A stretch of 62,354 bases of DNA from Bacteroidales bacterium (GTDB lineage Bacteria; Bacteroidota; Bacteroidia; Bacteroidales; VadinHA17): the NCBI GenBank assembly GCA_036508535.1, contig DATCHE010000132.1, forward strand, positions 1 through 62,354, in the 5' to 3' direction. The position numbers and the translations under genes were made by a program. The notes below the pieces were generated by a model. That model searched no databases. It was not told where the DNA came from and saw only the letters and a list, made by a program, of their open reading frames with translations. Positions 38,143-50,366 of this stretch are shown here, piece after piece. The first letter of the stretch is position 1, and every line of letters begins with the position of its first letter.

Positions 38143-40062
38143 GTGAATAAAAAAGTAAAAACAACTGTTGATGATGAGTATTTGAGATTCCTTACAAAAG
38201 AGAAAGTAATTTCAGATCATATTATTAACAATTCCAGGTCAATGATAAGTATCATTAACCGAAACTATATTTACGAAAAAGTAAACAAGACATTCTGTAT
38301 TGCTCATCAGGCTGTTCTTGATTCCATTGTAGGTAAATCACTTGGCGATGTTTGGGGGGAGGATGCTTTTAATAGTTCTATAAAGAGTAATATTGATTTA
38401 TGTTTTTCAGGTAAGGAGGTTAGATACGAAGCATTCCTTGATATACGCGGCTTTGGTAAAAGATATTTTGATGTGATTTTCAGACCTCTTTCAATCGACT
38501 CAAGTGAGATAACGCATCTTATGGTTGAAACATTTGATATTAACGATTTAAAACATTCAGAGCAGGTAATAAATGAGAAGGAAGAAGCATTTAAAAAGTT
38601 TGAAACAAATCTTCCAATTGGCTTATTGAGATGTGACCCGGAAGGGAAAATTTTACATGCTAATACCGCCTTTCTCAGGATCATTGATTACACTGATGAG
38701 AATTCTATTTCAAGTCTGAATATGAAGAACTTTTATCAGGAAGAGGGCTTTTTTGAAATGCAGGTTGAACAACTTCTTACTCATAATACTAAAGTTTTCG
38801 GAAGGGTTTCCCTGAAAAATCTGAAAGGCAATGAAATTCCATGCCGTATAAGCGGATTTCTTGCAATTGATAAAAATGGGAACCCTTTGTTTATTGATTT
38901 TGCAGTTGAAGATTCTTCACGTGAACTGATGCTCGAAAATCGTCTTCTTCAGGCCCAGAAACTCGAAACTATTGGATCATTGGCAGGAGGTATTGCCCAT
39001 GATTTCAATAATATCCTTGCAACAATTCTTGGATATTCTGAAATGTTGTACGATGATCTGCCCAAAGATTCATCAATGTCAAAAAAAGTGAGCAAGATAA
39101 AAGCAGCTGTTACGAAAGCTCATTCAATTACAAATCAAATACTTACGTTTAGCAGGCATCTCGAACAGGAAAAGATTCAGGTAAGCGTATCAGAAATTCT
39201 TAAAGAGACACTTGGTTTCGTTAAGTCATCCATACCTTCCAATATAACTGTTAAGAGTCGCATTTCGAAAAAGACTTCTAATGTTTTTGTGGATCCCACA
39301 CAACTTTTCAGAGTGTTTTTAAACCTTATGACAAATGGCATCCAGTCGATGGAGGAGAAGGGAGGTACACTCTCGGTGAATCTTGCAGTTGTTGAAGGAA
39401 AACATGTACAACATGAGCTTAGTAAAGATATTGTTGCAGATGATTATGTACTTCTCACATTTAAAGATTCAGGCAGAGGAATGGACCCAACTCTTATTGC
39501 CAGAATTTTCGAGCCGTTTTTCACAACACGGGAAGTTGGAAAGGGAACTGGCCTTGGACTTTCTGTTATTCACGGAATAATTACAGAGATGGAGGGAGAA
39601 ATCCTTGTTTCCAGTAAAAACGAAAAAGGCTCTACGTTTTACATCTATCTTCCTGTAACTAAATTGTATCCTCATCTTCCGGGAAATCTGGAAAAAAGAA
39701 AAAAAATTCTGTTTATTAAAGGAAATATTTACGAGTCACGAATACTTTCTCTTGCTCTTGAAAATACTGGCTATGAACTGGTTTATATACCTGATCGTCG
39801 AAATTTTATCAAAGTTATTGGTCCCGTTTCTGAACGACCAGATCTGATAATATATATGTGTGATTCAAAACAGGTACAGCCAGATGATCTTATTAGTATA
39901 TTTAAAAGGTTTAAAATTAATACCCCGTGTATTCTCATCAGCGAAGTAAATCAGGAATTGTTAGCAGAAAAATTACTAAATTCGGGCTTTATAAAACAAC
40001 ATTTGATAAAACCTGTTTCACTAAAGGAAATAAGAAATGCTATTCAGATCTCTTTAAAGTAG
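38143..40062 (+). CDS. PAS-domain sensor histidine kinase with a degenerate C-terminal receiver-like domain
   Basis: H-box GGIAHDFNNIL and G-box GTGLGLSV. The C-terminal ~120 aa is receiver-shaped but lacks the acidic pocket and phospho-Asp (ILFIKGN, DLIIYMCD). Confidence 0.8.
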   Translation: MNKKVKTTVDDEYLRFLTKEKVISDHIINNSRSMISIINRNYIYEKVNKTFCIAHQAVLDSIVGKSLGDVWGEDAFNSSIKSNIDLCFSGKEVRYEAFLDIRGFGKRYFDVIFRPLSIDSSEITHLMVETFDINDLKHSEQVINEKEEAFKKFETNLPIGLLRCDPEGKILHANTAFLRIIDYTDENSISSLNMKNFYQEEGFFEMQVEQLLTHNTKVFGRVSLKNLKGNEIPCRISGFLAIDKNGNPLFIDFAVEDSSRELMLENRLLQAQKLETIGSLAGGIAHDFNNILATILGYSEMLYDDLPKDSSMSKKVSKIKAAVTKAHSITNQILTFSRHLEQEKIQVSVSEILKETLGFVKSSIPSNITVKSRISKKTSNVFVDPTQLFRVFLNLMTNGIQSMEEKGGTLSVNLAVVEGKHVQHELSKDIVADDYVLLTFKDSGRGMDPTLIARIFEPFFTTREVGKGTGLGLSVIHGIITEMEGEILVSSKNEKGSTFYIYLPVTKLYPHLPGNLEKRKKILFIKGNIYESRILSLALENTGYELVYIPDRRNFIKVIGPVSERPDLIIYMCDSKQVQPDDLISIFKRFKINTPCILISEVNQELLAEKLLNSGFIKQHLIKPVSLKEIRNAIQISLK

Positions 40063-40087
40063 AATAATGACATTAATAAAATAAACT

Positions 40088-40468
40088 ATGCCCGGAATAT
40101 TAATTGTTGAGGATGACAAGGATTTGCGTGAAATGCTTAAAATCGCTTTGATAAGACGGAAATTTGTTGTCAGTGAAGCAGAAAATGGAAAAGAGGCTAT
40201 AACTCATTTTAAACCATCTATTACAGACCTGGTTATTACTGACTTAATAATGCCTGACGAAGATGGTCTAAAAGTAATTATAAAGCTCAGGGAATTAAAA
40301 CCTTCGGTTAAGATCATTGCTATTTCTGGCGGAGGTAAAGCCGGCCCGGGGAGCTATCTTAATCTGGCCAAAGCGCTTGGAGCAGATGCAATTTATTCAA
40401 AACCGTTCTCAATAAATGAGCTTATTGCAAAGATTGAAGAACTGTTAACAATTAAACAACCTGTTTAA
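40088..40468 (+). CDS. Stand-alone response-regulator receiver (CheY-like)
   Basis: ILIVEDD, DLVITDLIMPDEDG and SKPF motifs are intact. There is no output domain. Confidence 0.85.
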   Translation: MPGILIVEDDKDLREMLKIALIRRKFVVSEAENGKEAITHFKPSITDLVITDLIMPDEDGLKVIIKLRELKPSVKIIAISGGGKAGPGSYLNLAKALGADAIYSKPFSINELIAKIEELLTIKQPV

Positions 40469-40584
40469 GGCATGTGTTATAACAAAACCAGATCTGAGAA
40501 CTCCCTCAGCTAATGCTCCGGCTATTCCATGAAAAAAACAGTTTGCTTTGGCCGATGGCTAGTCTTATAAAATAAAAACAAAGA

Positions 40585-40608
40585 CCCCGTATTAATGGCG
40601 GGGTTTTT
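40585..40608 (+). terminator. Intrinsic terminator after the kinase/receiver pair
   Basis: CCCCG (40585-40589) / CGGGG (40599-40603) stem followed by TTTTT. Confidence 0.6.
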
Positions 40609-40650
40609 GTATAAAATGAAGTTTTGGAATTCATTATTGGAAAATAAAAC

Positions 40651-40658
40651 TAATTTTG
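40651..40658 (+). promoter_or_regulatory. -7 box TAATTTTG for secA
   Basis: 35 nt upstream of the ATG at 40693. A TTTG at 40623-40626 is at plausible -33 spacing. Confidence 0.45.
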
Positions 40659-40692
40659 CTGGATATTTTTAAAAATCGTAAAACATCTAAAA

Positions 40693-43600
40693 ATGAGCAT
40701 CATAAATAATATTTTGGGTCTTTTTCTGGGTAATAAATATGAGAAGGATATTAAAGAGATTAACCCTTATATAGAGAAGATACATCTTGCATATGAAAAA
40801 CTAAAGGATTTATCAAATGATGGTTTAAGAGAACGTACCGATGAACTCAGGAAAGAGATTCTAGACAGTCTTAAGGCAGATGAAAGTGAGATACTTTCGC
40901 TCAGGGAGAAAGCCGAATCAGAAGATGATGTTTACAGGAAAGAAGAGATTTACAATGAGATAGATAAAATTGAGAAGGAGATTAATATAAAGCTAGAGCT
41001 GGTACTTGATCAGATTGTACCAAGGGCTTTCGCTATTGTAAAAGAAACAGCAAGAAGATTCAAAGAGAATAGTATACTTGAAGTTACAGCACGACAATAT
41101 GACAGAGATCTGGCTGCCACAAGAGAAAGTATTACTATTAATGGCAATAAGGCACTGTGGAGCAATCAATGGATTGCCGGAGGTAATGAGATTACCTGGG
41201 ATATGGTTCATTATGATGTTCAGCTGATTGGTGGCGTAGCGCTTCATAAAGGGAGAATTGCTGAAATGGGTACAGGTGAAGGAAAAACAGTTGTGGCAAC
41301 ACTGCCAGTTTTCCTTAATGCCCTTGCCGGAAGGGGAGTGCATATAGTTACTGTTAATGATTACCTCTCAAAACGTGACTCTGAGTGGATGGGACCTATA
41401 TATGAATTCCATGGTTTATCAGTAGATTGTATTGATAAACACCAACCTAACTCACCCGATAGACGTAAAGCATATAATGCAGATATAACTTTTGGAACGA
41501 ATAATGAGTTTGGCTTCGACTACCTGAGAGATAATATGTCAGTCAACGCTGAAGATCTTGTTCAGCGAAAACACCATTATGCAATTGTTGATGAGGTCGA
41601 CTCGGTACTCATTGATGATGCCCGTACACCGCTTATAATTTCCGGACCAACGGCCAAAAGCGATAACCAGCAATTTGATGAGCTGAAACCAAAGGTTGAT
41701 AAACTTGTTGGTGCTCAGAAAAAGCTTGTTACTCAGATACTTGCAGATTCAAAAAAACTTATTTCTGAAAATAAAAATGATGAGGGAGGGTTGCTTCTTT
41801 TAAGGGCCTATAAAGGATTGCCTAAAAATCATGCTCTTATAAAGTTCCTGAGCGAGGAAGGAAATAAATCATTGCTTCTGAAGACAGAGAACTTCTATAT
41901 GCAGAATAATAATAAAGATATGCATAAAGTGACTGACGATCTCTTTTTTATTATTGACGAAAAAGCTAACTCAATCGAACTTACTGAAAATGGAATTGAT
42001 CTTATTTCGACTTCTGTAGAAGATACCAGTTTTTTTATACTCCCCGACGTCGGTTCTACTATCGCCGATTTAGAAAAATCTGATTTACCAGACAGGGAGA
42101 AACTTAAGAAAAAAGACGAACTCCTGCAAGATTACTCAGTTAAATCTGAGCGTGTTCATACAATGACTCAACTACTTAAAGCCTGGACACTTTTTGACAA
42201 GGACACAGAGTATATCGTAGTCGATAATAAAGTAAAGATAGTCGATGAGCAAACAGGACGTGTTCTTGAAGGTCGAAGATATTCCGACGGACTACATCAG
42301 GCAATTGAAGCAAAGGAGAATGTTAAAATTGAAGCGGCTTCGCAAACTTATGCAACAATTACTCTCCAGAATTATTTCAGGATGTATCATAAACTTGCCG
42401 GGATGACAGGTACTGCCGAAACAGAGGCAGGGGAATTATGGAATATCTATAAACTCGATGTTGTTGTTATTCCGACAAACAGACCAGTGATAAGAATTGA
42501 CAGAGAAGATCTGGTTTATAAAACAAAAAGGGAAAAATATAATGCGGTAATTGATGAGATTGCTGAGATGAACAGGCTCGGACGCCCGGTTCTTGTTGGA
42601 ACAACTTCAGTTGAGATATCAGAACTTTTAAGCAGAATGCTCAAGATGAAAGGTCTGAAGCATAATGTTCTGAATGCAAAGCTGCACCAGAGAGAAGCTG
42701 AAATTGTTGCCGAAGCCGGTAAGACGGGTACAATTACAATTGCTACTAACATGGCAGGCCGCGGTACTGATATAAAACTTACTGAGGAAGTAAGAAAGGC
42801 TGGCGGACTGGCCATTATTGGTACTGAAAGGCATGAGTCGCGAAGAGTAGATCGTCAGTTGAGAGGACGTTCAGGCAGACAGGGAGACCAGGGGTCTTCT
42901 CAGTTCTTTGTTTCTCTTGAAGATGAGCTGATGAGACTTTTTGGTTCAGAAAGAATTGCGGGAATAATGGATAAACTTGGCCTTAAAGATGGTGAGATGA
43001 TCCAACATTCTATGATAACCAAATCTATCGAACGGGCACAGAAAAAAGTCGAAGAAAATAACTTCGGAATCAGGAAAAGACTACTTGAGTACGATGATGT
43101 CATGAACTCCCAAAGAGAAGTAATCTATAAAAAGAGACGACATGCACTTCTTGGTGAAAGGTTAAGTGTTGACATTGCAAATATGATGTTTGATGTTACT
43201 GAAAATCTTGTTGAAGTATACCATGGCGATGGAGATTATGAAGGATTCGATTTAGATCTTATTCGCTCATTTTCAATGGACTCTCCTGTGCCTGATCAGG
43301 AATTCAAAAAAGCCGGTTCTGATGTGGTAACCGAAAAAGTCTATTCAAAGGTGTTGGATACATATAAAAGAAAAGTAGAATCAATCTCTTCCCAGGCATA
43401 TCCCGTTCTAAAAGATGTCTATGACAGAATGTCTCACACTTATGAAAATGTTGTTGTCCCTATTTCAGACGGGGTAAAGGTTTATCAGGTTGTTACTAAT
43501 CTAAAAGCATCTGCTGAATCGGAAGGCAGGGAACTGGCTAAATCATATGAGAAAACAGTTGTCCTTGCCACAATCGACGATGCATGGAAAGAACACCTGA

Positions 43601-44025
43601 GAGAGATGGATGAGCTGAAGCAATCTGTTCAGAATGCTACTTATGAACAGAAAGATCCTCTGTTGATTTACAAGTTCGAATCATTTGAGTTATTCAAAAC
43701 GATGCTTACCAAAGTTAACAAAGATGTAGTAAGCACACTTATGAAAGGTCACATTCCAAATCAGGATCCGGAACAAGTTCAGGAAGCACAGAGAAGACGT
43801 CAGGTTGACATGAGTAATCTGCGAACTTCAAAAAGTGATTTTTCACAATACAGTAACACTGGCGGTGGGAGTGGGGCCCAGGAACGAAATCAAAAGACCG
43901 AACCTGTCAGGGTTGATAAAAAGGTTGGCAGAAATGATCCATGCCCATGCGGAAGCGGTAAGAAGTTTAAAAATTGCCATGGTTTGCAACCTGGCGGAAC
44001 ACAGGATGCAAGTGCTAATGCCTGA
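40693..44025 (+). CDS. secA: Preprotein translocase ATPase SecA
   Basis: MGTGEGKT Walker [20 protein letters not shown], and the C-terminal zinc motif [14 protein letters not shown]. Confidence 0.95.
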   Translation: MSIINNILGLFLGNKYEKDIKEINPYIEKIHLAYEKLKDLSNDGLRERTDELRKEILDSLKADESEILSLREKAESEDDVYRKEEIYNEIDKIEKEINIKLELVLDQIVPRAFAIVKETARRFKENSILEVTARQYDRDLAATRESITINGNKALWSNQWIAGGNEITWDMVHYDVQLIGGVALHKGRIAEMGTGEGKTVVATLPVFLNALAGRGVHIVTVNDYLSKRDSEWMGPIYEFHGLSVDCIDKHQPNSPDRRKAYNADITFGTNNEFGFDYLRDNMSVNAEDLVQRKHHYAIVDEVDSVLIDDARTPLIISGPTAKSDNQQFDELKPKVDKLVGAQKKLVTQILADSKKLISENKNDEGGLLLLRAYKGLPKNHALIKFLSEEGNKSLLLKTENFYMQNNNKDMHKVTDDLFFIIDEKANSIELTENGIDLISTSVEDTSFFILPDVGSTIADLEKSDLPDREKLKKKDELLQDYSVKSERVHTMTQLLKAWTLFDKDTEYIVVDNKVKIVDEQTGRVLEGRRYSDGLHQAIEAKENVKIEAASQTYATITLQNYFRMYHKLAGMTGTAETEAGELWNIYKLDVVVIPTNRPVIRIDREDLVYKTKREKYNAVIDEIAEMNRLGRPVLVGTTSVEISELLSRMLKMKGLKHNVLNAKLHQREAEIVAEAGKTGTITIATNMAGRGTDIKLTEEVRKAGGLAIIGTERHESRRVDRQLRGRSGRQGDQGSSQFFVSLEDELMRLFGSERIAGIMDKLGLKDGEMIQHSMITKSIERAQKKVEENNFGIRKRLLEYDDVMNSQREVIYKKRRHALLGERLSVDIANMMFDVTENLVEVYHGDGDYEGFDLDLIRSFSMDSPVPDQEFKKAGSDVVTEKVYSKVLDTYKRKVESISSQAYPVLKDVYDRMSHTYENVVVPISDGVKVYQVVTNLKASAESEGRELAKSYEKTVVLATIDDAWKEHLREMDELKQSVQNATYEQKDPLLIYKFESFELFKTMLTKVNKDVVSTLMKGHIPNQDPEQVQEAQRRRQVDMSNLRTSKSDFSQYSNTGGGSGAQERNQKTEPVRVDKKVGRNDPCPCGSGKKFKNCHGLQPGGTQDASANA

Positions 44026-44910
44026 TCAGACTTTACTTACTTCATCAATTGCTTTCTGGATCCTGGTGTAAATCGTCTTGCTTACAGGTACTAATGGAAG
44101 CCTGAGATTGTTCTGACAGATATTCATTATGTTCAGCATTGCTTTTACCCCTGAAGGATTACCTTCAACGAAAAGCAATTCAATCATTTCCATAAAACGA
44201 AATTGAAGATCACGTGCAGCTTTGAAATTATTCTTAAGTGAAAAGTTGATGATTTCAGAGCACTGTGCCGGAAAAGCGTTGGCAAGAACTGAAATTACTC
44301 CAACTCCTCCTGAAGCTACTATAGGGATCATCATCATATCATCTCCTGATATAACACTGAAATTTTCAGGCTTACCTTTAATAATCCTCATAATCTGGCT
44401 TATATCACCTGAGGCTTCTTTTACTGCAACAATATTTTCAAATTCATGAGCAAGTTCCAGACAGGTATCTGAAGAAATATTGCAAGCAGTTCTGCTGGGT
44501 ACATTATACAGAATAACAGGAATAGGACTGCATGTGGCAATTGCTTTAAAATGTTCGAAAAGTCCTTTTTGACTTGGTTTATTATAATATGGTGAAACAG
44601 ATAATATACCATCAATACCTGTAAGATCAGACTGTCTTATACAATTTATTACTTCCTGAGTATTATTTCCCCCTATGCCAACAACAAGAGGAACCCTGTT
44701 GTCGATTGTTTCAACAACATATGTAACAAGAGCGTGTTTCTCATCTTTTGTGAGAGTAACTGATTCTCCTGTTGTTCCCATTGCAACGATATAATTTACT
44801 CCTCCGTTTATTACGTGATTAATTACACGCCCTAATGCGGCAAAATCAATACTTGAGTCATTTTTGAAAGGAGTAATTATCGCAACTCCTGTTCCTCTGA
44901 ATTTTTTCAT
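44026..44910 (-). CDS. dapA: 4-hydroxy-tetrahydrodipicolinate synthase
   Basis: GTTGES motif, Schiff-base lysine context VAVKEASG, 294 aa. Confidence 0.92.
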   Translation of the reverse strand: MKKFRGTGVAIITPFKNDSSIDFAALGRVINHVINGGVNYIVAMGTTGESVTLTKDEKHALVTYVVETIDNRVPLVVGIGGNNTQEVINCIRQSDLTGIDGILSVSPYYNKPSQKGLFEHFKAIATCSPIPVILYNVPSRTACNISSDTCLELAHEFENIVAVKEASGDISQIMRIIKGKPENFSVISGDDMMMIPIVASGGVGVISVLANAFPAQCSEIINFSLKNNFKAARDLQFRFMEMIELLFVEGNPSGVKAMLNIMNICQNNLRLPLVPVSKTIYTRIQKAIDEVSKV

Positions 44911-44918
44911 CTGTGTTA

Positions 44919-45518
44919 TTAATTATTAACTTTAATAGCTGTTTTACCTGTTTTGTCTTTCGTATCAGTACCGGAATTTATCATCTCAAGATAATGTAGA
45001 ACCTGATCAAGATAATTATCTGCACTAACCGGTCTTTTAATCTCCATCATGAGGTCAAAAGGGGTGTCATTTCTTTCTGACTCAAACAATCCAACCTTAA
45101 ATGCAGCCATTGATAAAAACGTCAGATAATTAAGGGTGAATATTTTATTAAAATTGATATCAATAAGAACATCAAACCGATTGTTGATAAATGAATTGGC
45201 TTCAGATGTTTCAGGAATATAAAAAAAGCTTAATTCGTTCTTTCTCAAACATGTGAGATATCTTATTGCAGTATACTGATTTGGAAGTTCTTTTCCTGGA
45301 AAATAACCAAGTATTTTTACTTCAATATTTTTTTCATGCATTTTTTGACAAAACTTAGACAGGCTTGAGAAATCAGCAGTATTTGAAGCATCCCAGACAA
45401 TTCCGATGTTTCTTATCTGACTAAAATCGGAATAGAAAACTTTTCTTTTCGTTTTTGCCATCTTTTTTGCAAAGATGACCTGGCCGATTTTAAGTCTTAT
45501 ATTTTTAAATAATTCCAT
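44919..45518 (-). CDS. Hypothetical protein between ligA and dapA
   Basis: 199-aa ORF on the same strand, tightly packed in the operon. I could not recognise a family by eye. Confidence 0.55.
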   Translation of the reverse strand: MELFKNIRLKIGQVIFAKKMAKTKRKVFYSDFSQIRNIGIVWDASNTADFSSLSKFCQKMHEKNIEVKILGYFPGKELPNQYTAIRYLTCLRKNELSFFYIPETSEANSFINNRFDVLIDINFNKIFTLNYLTFLSMAAFKVGLFESERNDTPFDLMMEIKRPVSADNYLDQVLHYLEMINSGTDTKDKTGKTAIKVNN

Positions 45519-45564
45519 ATTACAAACCTAATCGTTTTTTGTTAAAATCAATTGTTGGTACAAA

Positions 45565-49079
<3,515 letters not shown>

Positions 49080-49163
49080 AACAATTAGAATAATTTGGCG
49101 AATTAAAGTTATGCCAAATAAATTGAAGAAAAAATGGATTACAATTAAATGTTAGTGGAAGGA

Positions 49164-49619
49164 TTAAATCAGAACCATAGACTCTTTAAGGATTTTGCCT
49201 TTGTTATCAGTTCCGTATATTTTAATGCCAACGCTGATAGTCGGGTTTCCGATCATACTGACAATCGGATGGAGTTCATCTTTCAGATCGTCAGCATCCA
49301 TGCTATCAAAATCTTCGATATCAAAATATAAATGGATAATCAATGTAGAATCAAAACCCTCAATGGAAGAAAGAGCAGCTACAATTTTTGATATCCAGAT
49401 AACAGATGCGGTATTAAAGTATTCAAGATTAATTCTCAGGTTTGTTGTGGGTTTTGGACTTTTAATATACTCCTTAACCCAGATAAGAACTTTTTCATAG
49501 AGTTGTGCTGCATTTTCCGGTATTGATTTTCCTGACAGAATAAGTTCACCGGAAAAATTGTTAAAATCAATTTGAGGTGTTTTAATTCCCTGTTCTATAT
49601 ATAATTTTTTGAGTTCCAA
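49164..49619 (-). CDS. SiaC-family (DUF1987) regulatory phosphoprotein
   Basis: TPQIDFNNFSGELILSGKSIPENA...LEYFNTAS...YFDIEDFD matches the DUF1987 pattern as I remember it. Confidence 0.75.
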   Translation of the reverse strand: MELKKLYIEQGIKTPQIDFNNFSGELILSGKSIPENAAQLYEKVLIWVKEYIKSPKPTTNLRINLEYFNTASVIWISKIVAALSSIEGFDSTLIIHLYFDIEDFDSMDADDLKDELHPIVSMIGNPTISVGIKIYGTDNKGKILKESMVLI

Positions 49620-49671
49620 AACAAAATCTTTTGTGTTTAGAAAAACTGTAAACTTTTAAAAATCCTCTTTT

Positions 49672-49679
49672 CAAAAGTA
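49672..49679 (-). promoter_or_regulatory. -7 box TACTTTTG (minus strand) for the SiaC-like gene
   Basis: 53 nt upstream of the start at 49619. Confidence 0.35.
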
Positions 49680-50100
49680 AAGTATCTTTTTGATGATTTT
49701 TTTTTATTAATCAAAAAGAAATGATCAATTGTCAAATATTATAGCTGGTTAGTAGAAAAAAATGATTTTTAAAGATATATTTTAGAAAAGGTGCAAAATC
49801 TGATAGGAGATTTCTAAATTCTTAACTTTCTTTTATCGAATTTCATTGCATCAAGAGTTGTATGAGGTCGATTCTGAATGTTTTCATTTCGTACCAGACC
49901 TCGTGTAGAATCAATTCTTTCAAAACAAGGAAATCTTAAAATTCGTTTAATGAATCATAATGCATTTACTTGTTATAGTTTTCTAAATTGTATTTAGGAA
50001 AAATATTGTTATTACTAAATAGGTCTATTTATGTATGAATTACGTTAGTTAGTCAAATAAATAGAGATATTTTTTACAAAATACTTATATTCGAAGTCTC

Positions 50101-50108
50101 TAAATTTG
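50101..50108 (+). promoter_or_regulatory. -7 box TAAATTTG, the only such box upstream of the dockerin/adhesin genes
   Basis: 259 nt upstream of the ATG at 50367, which would imply a long 5' leader. Confidence 0.3.
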
Positions 50109-50366
50109 AGCGGCTGAGAATTACATTTTTTTATAAGATAATTCCCAGATTTTCTTGGGGGAAATGATTAAATCCTAAATATTTAATCAGAATGTAAGCT
50201 CTTAGATGAGTAGGGAAATGGTATCTGAATATAGAAGCTTTGTTGGTCTGAAGTGATGTGACTGACGGGGCGAAAGCATGTCAGATCCATAATAAAACAT
50301 CGTATTCAATTATTTAGAAATATTAAAAAGTAGATCAGAAGAGTGGGTGTAACTAAAGATCATTCT

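Noticed and set aside
40469-40584. About 115 nt of relatively GC-richer sequence between the receiver gene stop and its terminator, a possible 3'-UTR sRNA or micro-ORFs of 13 and 20 codons
   Set aside because: No convincing structure, promoter box or conserved peptide features can be seen, so the evidence is insufficient.
50109-50366. Possible c-di-GMP (GEMM) or other riboswitch in the long leader of the dockerin/adhesin genes
   Set aside because: No ACGCAAAGC-type conserved cores are present. There is only a small GAAA-capped hairpin. It is kept as a minor note under the SiaC finding.
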